Source of the DNA: the human T2T-CHM13v2.0 reference genome, Homo sapiens
DNA: 64,000 nt
NCBI RefSeq assembly: GCF_009914755.1
Contig: NC_060925.1
Direction: 5' to 3' (one strand)
A program made the translations under genes and the position numbers. The notes under the pieces are model-generated. The model was not told the DNA's origin. It saw only the letters and a list, made by a program, of their open reading frames with translations, and did no database searches. This document shows, piece after piece, positions 29,680 through 42,474 of this stretch; position 1 is the stretch's first letter, and the number at the start of each line of letters is the position of its first letter.

Positions 29680-30370
29680 TCATTTAATCAACATATTTTT
29701 ATGGAAAGTCTCTATGTGCTGGGTACTCTCCTAGGTGCTAGGGAGCAGTAATGAGCAATGGAGCCAACAGAGCCTCGTGGAGCCTGCATAATCATGCAGG
29801 GAAATAGATACTAATTAATCACACAACTAATGTAAAATTTTGACTTTAATAATCCTCCATAATAGGGTGATTCAACCTGAAGGGAAGACCTCTCTTGGAA
29901 GTGGCAACCAAGCCTGGGCACTGAAAGATGAGTGGAATTCACCAGGCAAAAAGAGGAGGGAGGAGTTGTCCAAGGAGCGGGACTATTGTGTGCAAAGGCC
30001 CTGTGGCAGGGGGAGGCATGGTTCCTTGAGGAAAAGAGAGAGAAAGCTAGTGTGGCTGTGGCAGAGATGGGGAGGATAAGCTGACTGAAGGCGTGAGTGG
30101 GTGACTTCCTGGGGCCTGATGGGCCTCAAGAAGGAGTTTATTTAAGTGTGTGTTTGGGATGAAGCAGAGCGATATGAATAAATTTGCACTTCAAATAACC
30201 ACCCTGGCTGCAATGTGGAGAGCAGTGTAGGAAGCCAGGGAGGACCCATCTAGGCCAGTCAGGAGGCAGTCGCAGGAGTTCCATGGAGAGATGGGAGTGG
30301 TTTGGATTAGGGTGGTGCTCATGGTGGTGGTACAAAGAGAAGTGGATGGAGAGATACTTCTCTTTTAGTG
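29680..30370 (-). mobile_element. L2 fragment
   Basis: catttaatcaacatatttt...gtgcaaaggccctgtggcaggg...tggctgcaatgtggagag, typical of L2 3' region. Confidence 0.6.
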
Positions 30371-30426
30371 GATACGTTAATAGGATAGCAGTATCCTGTG
30401 GCTGCTTTTTATTGATTGATTGATTC

Positions 30427-31085
30427 ATTTTATTTCAGTAGTTTTTGGGGTACAGGTAGTTTTTGGTTACATAGATAAGTTCTTTAGTGGTGATTTCTGA
30501 GATTTTCGTGCACCTGTCACCTGAGCAGTTTATACTGTACCCAATATGTAGACTTTTATCCCTCAACCCCTGCAGTCTTTCCCCCAACTCTGAGTCCCCA
30601 AAGTCCATTATATCATTCTTATGCCTTTGTGTCCTCATAGCTTAGCTTCCACTTATAAGTGAGAATATACAATATTTAGTTTTCCAATCCTGAGTTACTT
30701 CACTTAGAATAAGAGCCTTCAGCTCCTTCTAAGTTGCTGCAAAGGACATTATTTCATTCCTTTCTATGGCTGAGTAGTATTCCATGGTGTATATATACCA
30801 CATTTTCTTTATCCACTCATTGGTCGATGGGCACTTGGGTTGGTTTCGTATCTTTGCAATTGCAAATTGTGCTGCTATAAATGTGTATGCAAGTGTCTTT
30901 TTCATATAATGACTTATTTTGCGGGGGGGGGGGGAGGTGGTTACCCAGTGTGGGATTGCTGGATCAAATGATAGTTCTACTTTTAGTTCTTTAAGGAATC
31001 TCCATACTGTTTTCCATAGTGGTTGTACTAACTTATATTCCCACCAGCAGTGTAAAAGTGTTCACTTTTCACCACATCCATGCCA
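30427..31085 (-). mobile_element. L1PB-like 3' end
   Basis: gtttttggggtacaggtagtttttggttacatagataagttctttagtggtgatttctgag...gctgcaaaggacattatttcattcc...ccaccagcagtgtaaaagtg. Confidence 0.88.
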
Positions 31086-31272
31086 TGGCTGCTTTTTATT
31101 GAGCACATATTATATACGAGCCATTGTGCTCAACACTTTACATCTGTTATTTACTCTTAGGGTTATTCTAAGGATTAAGTATTTCTGTCCTTTTACAGAT
31201 GAGGAAACTGAGACTTACAGGGGTTAAGTCACTCACTCAAGGCCACACAGCCAGTAAGGTGGCAGAGCCCTA

Positions 31273-31430
31273 GAGCAGCCTCTCAAGCTTCAATGTGCGT
31301 TTGAATCACCTGGGGCTCTTGTTAAACTGCTGCTACAGATTCAGCAGGTGGGAGAGTGGAACTGAGGTACTCTGTTTCTGACGTGCCCCCTGGGTGGCCC
31401 TACTCCTGGTCCCTGGAGCACTTTGAGCAG
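31273..31430. mobile_element. MER5A-like (hAT-Charlie)
   Basis: ctctcaagcttcaatgtgcgtttgaatcacctggggctcttgttaaa...ctttgagcagc. Confidence 0.65.
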
Positions 31431-32749
31431 CGAGAGTTTCTCTGCCTGTATGGCCCACACTCTCGACCCTGATGCCTTAGAAACAGCTGCAGACAGGATG
31501 CGATTCCTGAGACTGCTCAAACCTGAAACCCCATGGGCAGGATGTGGGTGAGCTGTCTGGACCTCAGGTGGGTGGGAGTTGTATCATATGCTCATTTCCC
31601 ACATTGGCCTTTCAATAGCTTGAGTAAACCCGAAACTGAGAGGGTTGGAGGCAGCATCTCCCCTTCTACTCCCCCGCTTCACCTCCCCGGGCAACCAAAC
31701 CCCACCCGTGCCCAGCTTCTGAGCGATAGACCTGGGCTGTGTATTTGCAGGAGCCTCACTGGGGTCACCAACCAGGTCATGTTGTGTTGCCCCAATAAAT
31801 GGAACTGGATCAGAAAATCCAACGTGGATAGTTTTTAGGTGCCAAGCTGTCAGCTCTTCCCTTGGACTGTGCTGAAAGTGGAAGAGGAGAAAAAAATCAA
31901 CCCAATGTTCTAAGCTCTCTGTCTACATAGTCATTAGATCCCAGGATCGTTAGAGACCAAATCCCTTCCCACTTGGCCCCTGCAAATGGGGCCAGGTGTC
32001 ACTGCTGGGAGACGCCAGTAAGGCTGCACGTCATGGTGTGAGCACTTGTCTTTAATGACTGGGAAAATCCATTTCCTTCCTTGGCAGCTTTGAATGTAGC
32101 AACTGTGGTTCTGGGTCACTGCCAGAGCCAGCCTTGTGTGTATGTGTGTGATTTTTTAAAGTGGGGGAGAATGTCTCAATATTCAATGCTCACCCCCTTC
32201 CTTCCAAGTTGTACCCCCAGAGAACTGTCCAACACAAACTTTGGAGTTTTCCACTCTGGGAGTGGTCTGCTGGCACCCACGTGTCCTCCCCTCCTCTAAT
32301 GCATCCTTTCTCTCTTGATCTCATTGTTCTGGGGTCCTCAGCTGAGTGGGCATCTGTGCCTGGGTGATCGATTCTAGTCTCTTTTCTGCAGGAGAGAACT
32401 CTTGAGCTCTGAGACAGGTAGAAAGAAAATCTTAAACCAAATAATAATGTTCTGCCTCACACTAGTAAATATTTTGCACTAAAAAATTCCGTGTCATTTT
32501 GATTTGTTCAGGTAGACAAGAACATCTTTTGTTTGAGGAAGAACTGAAGAGATTTCTTGGGATTCAGCTCCGATGGCTCTGCCTGTATCTCTCTATCATT
32601 GGAGCTTTGTTTTCCACCTTTGCAAGACTTGAGTGAAGGGAAGGCTTTGTGGTCTATTGTTAGGTGCTCTTTGAATCTATAAATCACAGGCTACAGGAAG
32701 GGAGGGGCTTCCAGAGACCATCTAGAGCCACCCTCTATCTCTAGCAGGG

Positions 32750-32783
32750 ACACACACACACACACACACACGTACACACACAC
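32750..32783. repeat. (CA)n microsatellite, interrupted
   Basis: Seen directly. Confidence 0.95.
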
Positions 32784-33183
32784 AATGACTGCCTGTTGCG
32801 CGTTTCTAGAACCTAGTGGGGACAGGGGTACAGTTTCTTTTGGTGCATAGTTCTCATGTTGATTGGTTCCGACTGTCATGTTCTTGCACCTGTCCTGAGT
32901 ATCTCTTGCTGTAGCTCTGGCCCTTTCCCCAGTCAGCTACTGCACTGCCCTGGCCCATGTTTCTTAGAGACATGGTTATCTCTGTGCTATTAGTGTCTGT
33001 GTCCTGGCCGAGGCAAGTCCCTTCCCTTTCTGAGTCTATATTCTTATAAAATGTGGCTTTGAGAATAGATGATGTTTCTGGTCTTAAAATTCTCTTTGAC
33101 TCTGGAGTTCTGGATCTGTGCTTCTGTTTGATGTTGTTTCTCTTGCTGGGTGACCTTCTCTCTGACTCCCTGCTGTAAAGACC

Positions 33184-33215
<32 letters not shown>

Positions 33216-34310
33216 TCAAAACCTAACTTGGTCCGACCTACCCCATGGCTGACCACCCAGGCACTTGCTTTTGACTTAAGGGTAGCACCATACGATGTCT
33301 TCTTTTTGTTTTTCATTTTAACAACCTGTATTTTTCACATCACAAAACCTTTCTAGATATTCACTGTAGAAAATTCAGAAAATATAGGTCAATAAGAAGA
33401 AAAAGATAGAAATCACTAAACTTCTATCAGACATAACCGCTGTTAAGAATTTGGTATATTTTCTTTCAGTCTTTTTTGTAAACACTCATACATAGGCCAG
33501 TGAATTTCATACTATGTAATTTTGTGTTCTGCCTTTCCACCTAATAATATATACTGAGCATTTTTGCCTATCATGAAACATTTGTAAACACAATTTTTAA
33601 TACCTATTTACTACTTTACATCTCCTACTTTAGCCCTTGCATAATTATTTCCAAATGGAACAAATATCTGTCTTGTCCAGCCCACTGAACTGGCCAAATC
33701 AAATGAGATAAAATATGCAAAGAGCTGCACAAATATAAGTGATGATTGTTCATTTTGTTAGTTTTATCTCCCCAAGTGAACTACTTTACCGTATTGTCTC
33801 AAAATCGTTAAACAGTTTCCTGTTCACCAAGTTTTGCACAGTGGTGGGCAAAACATGCTGTCTGGCTGTAATCTCTTAAAAGGGCGTTACATATTAATAA
33901 CTTTAAAAGTTTTTTCTTAGCAACTTCTTAGAAACTCTGGTCTAAGGAAATTATTCAAAATGTTATGTGCACAGAGATGTTCACTATGGCATTATTTACA
34001 ATAGCCCCAAACTAGAAATCACCAAAATGTCTAATTATATGGGAAGGAGGTGAAGTAAATGATGATGAACCCACTTTCTAAGCTATTATATAGCTATTAA
34101 AAGTGATGTTTACAAAGCCTTTGTAATAAAATTGGAATATGTCATAATTATGGGAAGAAACAAAGGTACAATATGAGAGGGAAAAACAAAGGTACCTGCA
34201 GAGAAAGACGCCAAAATGGGAATGGTGGTTGTTAAATAATGGGCAGTTGTTTTCCTTCTCTTTTTCTGCTTTTCTTCAGCGAGCTTGTGTGCCTTTGATA
34301 CATTAAAAGG

Positions 34311-34401
34311 TAGAGAGACAGAGACAAGAAGAGAGAGAGAGGAGACGAGAGAGAGAGAGAGAAACAAGACGAGAGAGAGAGATGAGACAAGAGAGAGAGA
34401 G
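34311..34401. repeat. Compound (GA)n purine-rich repeat
   Basis: gagagacagagacaagaagagagaga... about 90 bp almost purely purine on the + strand. Confidence 0.92.
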
Positions 34402-34911
34402 GTGAACCTTGTTTTTAAAATTACCTGAAAGGATTTATGCAGAAGAGAGAAGGAAGGGGCACAGAGCTGAGTTCAAGAGAAGGGAGTGACCCAGAAGTGG
34501 GAGAAGCGGGCATGAGGGCTGAAGCCTGAATTGAGCTGAGACTTGTAGAAAATTCTCAGAACCACCAAAGGAGCCTTTTAATTTTTTTGGAGTAGGAAGA
34601 AAACAGGCACCTCCTTTGAGCATGCTAATATAATTATAAAAGGAGAAACCAAAATAGCTAGTTCCTAATTTGTTCACCAGACTTCTTCCTTCTCTGACCA
34701 GCGTGGGGAACAGGCTTGGTGAGACGGACATGAAGACCCATCCAGGCCATTGAGGAACTGGGGGCTAAGAAGAACTTCAGGGAGACTGACAATGGCCACA
34801 TTCTGTTGTAATTTATAAAAAGTGAAGGAAAATAGAATTGTGTAATGTATAAATTTGGGTGAAAATAACAGCCTCCAGTAAAATTTCCTAAATGAGTTAA
34901 AAAAAAAAAAA

Positions 34912-35192
34912 AGGCATTTCAGACTTACGGAAAAGTTACAAAAATCTAGCAAGGATCTTACGTTTACCTTCACCCAGATTCCGCAAACGTTAACATTAAT
35001 TTTACCCTGTTTGCTTTCTCTCTCTGTTTTTCACTCATTTGCTTTACATATATATCATATATATGCACACTGTATGTATAATAGATGTATACACATGTAC
35101 ATACATATTGTCTTGTGAACCAATTTGAAAGTTGCAAATATAATGTCCTCTACCCTTAAATACTTCATTGTATATTTCCAAAAAGAATGACA
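34912..35192 (-). mobile_element. L1MC-like 3' fragment
   Basis: tttcagacttacggaaaagttacaaaaat...ttcacccagattcc...ccaatttgaaagttgca...cccttaaatacttca. Confidence 0.7.
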
Positions 35193-35280
35193 TTTTTCTT
35201 TTTCTTTTTTTTTCTTTTTTTGAGATAGAGCCTACCTCTGGGTAGAGGCCTAGGTGACACAGCAAGACCTCTGTCTCAAA

Positions 35281-35297
<17 letters not shown>

Positions 35298-35336
<39 letters not shown>

Positions 35337-35345
35337 TATATATAT
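35298..35345. repeat. (TA)n(CA)n microsatellite after an A-run
   Basis: Seen directly. Confidence 0.93.
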
Positions 35346-37180
<1,835 letters not shown>

Positions 37181-38081
37181 AATAGGTTTTTAAGTTAGTG
37201 ATTTGCAAGCATTTAGGATTAAAAATGATGATCCGTAGGAGCCAAAATGGGTTCTCTAAGAACAATCATGCTAGTCTAACCCCCTATTTGCCTTAAAAAA
37301 AAAAGCAATTTATTTTTCTGTACTAGCTGTACTAGGGCAGAGTGTCTTTATATTTCAGCCTGTCTTTCACAATATCTTGGTGTACAAAAATGGAGAATCG
37401 GGGGTTGTACGGATTGCTTGGCAGATTTCTTATTTGCTGATGAATGACATCAAAACAAACAAACAAAGAACAGAGCTGGGTCCAGGAGAGAGACTCCTGA
37501 GGCTGTTTTCCCAACTTAGTCCTTAGCTGGCTGTTTATGTTTCCGTTCAAAACCTGAGGGTAGATGCAGATAGCAGTCCCATCAAGTCTGCAGATTATGC
37601 AAAGCAGGCAGACACACGTGTTGAATAAGATCTTGTTCCAGAAAGGTTGGATCTGGAACCAGAGAGATCCTTACAGCATGGAATGATAGGCAGAGTCCAA
37701 AGAGATGGAAGTTATTAGGGACAAATGACAAGTCCACACCTACACAATCTGGCACAGAGGTGACCAGAGCGACTGTGCACTTTGGTTTCTGCCCATTTCC
37801 AAAAGAACAGCCAGCCACAACAAATGAGTGACAGAGGTGTGGGGCTCCTGGAAGAACACTATGTCATGTGGGTCTGCAGTTTCAGAGGGCTTAATAGGTG
37901 AGTGCACTTCAAGAGCTGGCTCCCCGTGGCTGAAGGTCTGTGGTATGGAAGCAGGAAGAATTGTCTCCCCTGTGGCCCATAAGGGAAAACAGATTTCAAT
38001 TGATTAAAGAAGAACTTTGTGAAACTCCACAATCAAATGGGCCTGGGAAGGTGGAGAGCAGCCCATCACTGAGCGTGTTCA

Positions 38082-38396
<315 letters not shown>

Positions 38397-40197
38397 CTAC
38401 TATTAAGGAACTTCCCAGGAGACCTTTGAGGTCTTAGAACTGCCTAAGCATGACAGCAGGAACTGTCCATCTCTAAAGTCCAGGTATTACCCACGGCACA
38501 CATCACCAGTTCCAGAGTGAAAACATTAGCCTTTCTGTAGGTCACCCTTTCTTGTGCCCCTCATAGTCCTACCTGTCCATCAGAACTCTTGTTCATCTGT
38601 CCACGAAGCTTCCCTTGAGACACACACTTGCCCCCTTCTGAACACCTGTTGCCCAGCAGCCCCTCCTCTGGCTTGTTTGCCTGTTATATGTCTTGCCTGT
38701 GAAGCGTGTGGTCCACGTTGAGTCTTCCAGCCACGTGTTAAGCTCCAGAGCCAATTCAGCAAATACTTAACAAGCACCTTCTTTGTGCCAGTCCTTGGAT
38801 GCATTGTGGGGCATGTAGCAGTGAATGGGGGTGGAGGGTCTGACCAAATAGTTGCAGATATAAAAGCTTGACTGCAGGCCACCATGGGTCTGCATCAGGA
38901 ATGTGGGAAGGATGACTTCAGACTGGGAGGAAGGTCTCCCTGCAAAAGTGCCCTTTCAGCTGGGACCTGAAGGAAGATGGGCAGTTGGCAGGGGGGTGGG
39001 GGGTAGGGGCTGGAAGTGCATTACCACCATGGTATAGCCCAGACACAGGACAGGATACCTGGTAGGGGCTTGCTTAGGGTGTGTTAGGGAGAGAGAGAAG
39101 GACCACCTGGATAGGAGGCTGTCCCCTTCATCCCCTGTCCCCTGCTCACCCAGCACCTAGGCTGAGCCACCCATGGCCGGAGTCAGGAGGCACGTGTGCA
39201 TTGAGGGAATGAAAGCAAGAAGAGGCAGCTCTGATTGCCTTGTGAATTCAGTCCCCAGCGATGCTGGGATGTTTTGTGCCTTCATTTCCTCCCTTGGTTT
39301 GGATAACTATGAAAACGGGCCACGTTCCAAACCTCACATTCCTGCAGTGACAGCTTCTTTGAGACCACGTAGATACCTATGATTCTCGTAGTTACTCTGG
39401 AACACCCACTTCTCTCTCTCTAGGTAGGGGGAATTTTCAGGGTAGGGTGTGGCCCCCTGCTTAGACCTCTCCTCCTTTTCTGCTGTCATTTATGCTTTAA
39501 CAGCTTGCTGCTTGCCCCCGCCAGCCCCCCAGCCACCTGCCTCTCTCCCCCGATACTGACTTAATAGAGCCCTCAGATAAGAGAGACTGAAGGAGGAGGC
39601 CATTCTCTCTCAAGCACTCATGCCTGGCAATTATTTGTTGTTATTGCCAATTCAAGATAAGTAGAAAATAACAGAGGAATGGAACCAGGACTCAAAGCCC
39701 ATGCCAAGCCCTTGGCTGTGTTACCATGACGTTTGCTTGTGTGTCACATGGGAAGCCACATGTCTGGCCAAGCCTGAGGGGGTGTCAGCTGCCCTGGGAG
39801 ATGAGTGAACGGGGTTCTGGCCTGGCTGCTGTGCTGCCATGACCACTTCTCATCTCTGGGCCTCAGTTACATCATCTGTGAAATGGGGCAGTGGTGCTAG
39901 ATTATTCTGCCATTTCACGGAGAGTCCAGGCCATGCACCTGTCAGGTCTGCCTGCCCACCTGGTCTGTGCATTTGGGCTGCAGCAGTGAGAGTAGCTGTT
40001 TACTATCCCTGTGTGCCTGGAAGAGACGTCTCCTAAGCGCGGGCACCAGGAGTGGCCGAGCATGGAGAATACAGGTGGTGATATCCTAGAAAGTGGGCCG
40101 CTAAGGCGGGAAACACAGGCTGGGAGAGAGGAGGGGAAAGCCAGCGGACGCAGGACTGTCTGGGAGTGAGGTGAGTGATACAAACAATATAACAGAT

Positions 40198-40372
40198 TGG
40201 TGCTTCTCAGATGTGGCCCCTGGGCCAGCAGCAGCACAGGGGAACTGGTAGAAAAGCAGATTCTTGGGCCCCACCCCAGACCTGCTGAATCAAAAACTCA
40301 GGGTGGGGCCCAACAGTCTGTTTTAACAAGCCCCCCAGTGATTCTGATGCAAGCTAACATTTGAGAACTAAG
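40198..40372. mobile_element. MER5A
   Basis: gcagattcttgggccccaccccagacctgctgaatcaaaaactc...gtgattctgatgca...tttgagaac. Confidence 0.85.
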
Positions 40373-41777
40373 AGACTGGATGAAAGGAGGGGTGGATAGA
40401 TGAGGCTTGGAGAGCCAGTATTTTAAAGGTCAAGGAGGAAATCGAGCTAGTGCTTGTCAATCACTTGCTGTGTCTGGTCGGAAACTGGGCATTCCCACTA
40501 CACTCTTTCATTTAAACCTATCAGGATGGTGGCAAGGCCTGCCTTGTCCCTTGCTAAAGCAGATCTCAGCTGATGCAACTGATTTCACGCCAAAGTCACA
40601 GAGATAGCGGCAGAGGTGGGATTAGAACCTCGGCATCTCTGATCTGGGAGCCTGAGTATTTCCCAGCACACTAGGCTGCCTCCCCATCCACCTGCGCCTC
40701 AGCTCTGCTGCCACCGCGGGCCCCGGCTCCTCCTCTGCTCCACGGGTCACCCCAGAACTCTGCTGTGTTGTGCTCCCTCTGCAGCCAGCCATGCCAAGGG
40801 AAAAGGGGCACACCATAAAGGCAAGTGAGGGAGACCTTGGGGGCTGCAGCGCAGGGTTGGGGGTGGACTGTGACCTTGCATCTGCTTCAGCCTGAAGGTC
40901 CTGGGGCAGCTGGGGAGCAAGGTGCTGGCGTGACGCTCCTGAGAGCTGATGCAGCTGCCTTGCATAGTAAGAACTCATGCATACTCTGGGTGACAGTCCA
41001 CATAGGAAGAACTTGTGCATACTCTGGGTGACAGTCCATAGGCATCCATTGTGCCAAGCCCTGTGCTGGTTGCTGTGGGAGAAACTGAGGCAAGGCAAGT
41101 GTTGTTTCTAGCCTCAAGGAGTTTATGATCCAGAGCCAGAGGAACAACAAGTAACTGGGGTGAGCTGGAGTGCATGGGAGGCCAGGGCAGGTCAAAGGAG
41201 TTCAAAGAGACTCGTATGGTGATTTTAGGGGACAAAACCAAGGCTTTGGGGACAGACCTAAGGCTTTGGAGCCAGAGGGGATGGCTCAATTCCCAACATT
41301 CTCACTGACTCACTGAGCGATGTTGGATGAGTTACCTCATGTCTACAACCCGTCTCCTTAGCTCTAAAATGGGTTAACAATACCTAGCTCGGAGTGTTCC
41401 ATTATAGCAAGCACTCATTTTCCTTCCCTTCGGAGGATGACTTTAAGCCAGAGCAAAACAGGGAAGGCTTCCTGGAAGAGGTGACTTTTCACTTTGGCAC
41501 TGAAGGATATCTAGAATTTAGTGCTTTTTCTGTCTTCTCTAAGAAATCTGTGGGTAGGCCCTAGACACATGGCGTTGTCTAAGAAGAATGACCTTCCCAG
41601 CAGCTATAACTGTACAAATAAAATCATGTTGCGAGGAAGTCACTTTCTCCAATTTGGAAAATTTGGAAGGTTATCTTTTAGTTTAAAAACACGTTGCAAG
41701 GGGCAAAGCCAGGCGGCCAGTGCGCACTGCCAGGAATCGTCACACTGAGGTTCTCTCTATGCTGCTTTTTCTTGCAG

Positions 41778-41874
41778 ATGATGCAGTTTGCTTGGCAGAG
41801 CTATAAGCGTTATGCAATGGGGAAAAACGAACTCCGTCCACTAACAAAAGATGGCTACGAGGGTAACATGTTCG
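41778..41874 (+). CDS. MAN1C1: Internal coding exon (97 bp, phase 0 to phase 1; probably exon 2) of Golgi mannosyl-oligosaccharide alpha-1,2-mannosidase IC, start of the GH47 catalytic domain
   Basis: Acceptor tgctttttcttgcag|ATG at 41777/41778 and donor TTCG|gtgagt at 41874/41875. Translation MMQFAWQSYKRYAMGKNELRPLTKDGYEGNMF(G) matches the GH47 motif MMxxAWxxYKxYAxGxNELxP and the MAN1C1 sequence as I recall it. Confidence 0.95.
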
Positions 41875-42331
41875 GTGAGTCGATTCAAACCACTTTGATA
41901 TTGGGAGGGACCCACCGCCCCGCCAGTGGCCGAGTGGAATTTTACTTTTGGCTTTTCACCTCCTGAGCTGTGGGGGCTCCACAGTTCTCCAGATCTGGGG
42001 CCTTCCAAGTCTGTGTTTCCTCTGGGCTTTTCAGGCTTCTGAGTCCTCCTAGATTTAGGGGGAATCCTATATGCTTCTCTCTAGCCTTAGAGACTGCTCT
42101 GTATGAAATTATCGTTTATTTTTTAGAGTGAAGAAACTTGGAAATGGGAGTAGGGATAGTGAAGGATGGAGATTTGTTTCCGTGGAGGTTTGGAGACCTA
42201 AAGGACACAGAGGACCAGGTTTAAATCCACTCCTCTGGAGTGTGGCTGTGAAATGGTCTTGGATGTTTTCGTAGATTGCTGAACACATATCTGATGGGGC
42301 TGGGTACATGCTATTTAGAGTCGGGGCTGGG

Positions 42332-42474
42332 GGCCAGGCGTGGTGGCCTTCACCTGTAGTACCAGTCACTTGGGAGGATGAGGTGGGAGGATCCCTTGAG
42401 CCTGGGAGTTCAGGTCCGGCCTGGGCAGCATATTGAGACCCCATTTCAAAACGACAACAGCAGCAAAAACAAAA
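42332..42474 (+). mobile_element. Alu monomer (FLAM-like)
   Basis: ggccaggcgtggtggcc...gagaccccatttcaaaa. Confidence 0.8.

Noticed and set aside
32392-32417. Possible micro-exon (cttttctgcag|...cag|gtagaa)
   Set aside because: Weak donor, length not a multiple of 3, no other support.
40771-40787. CTCF-like motif (reverse complement ggctgcagagggagca); similar near 426 and 31385
   Set aside because: Several mismatches to the core consensus; expected by chance in 64 kb.
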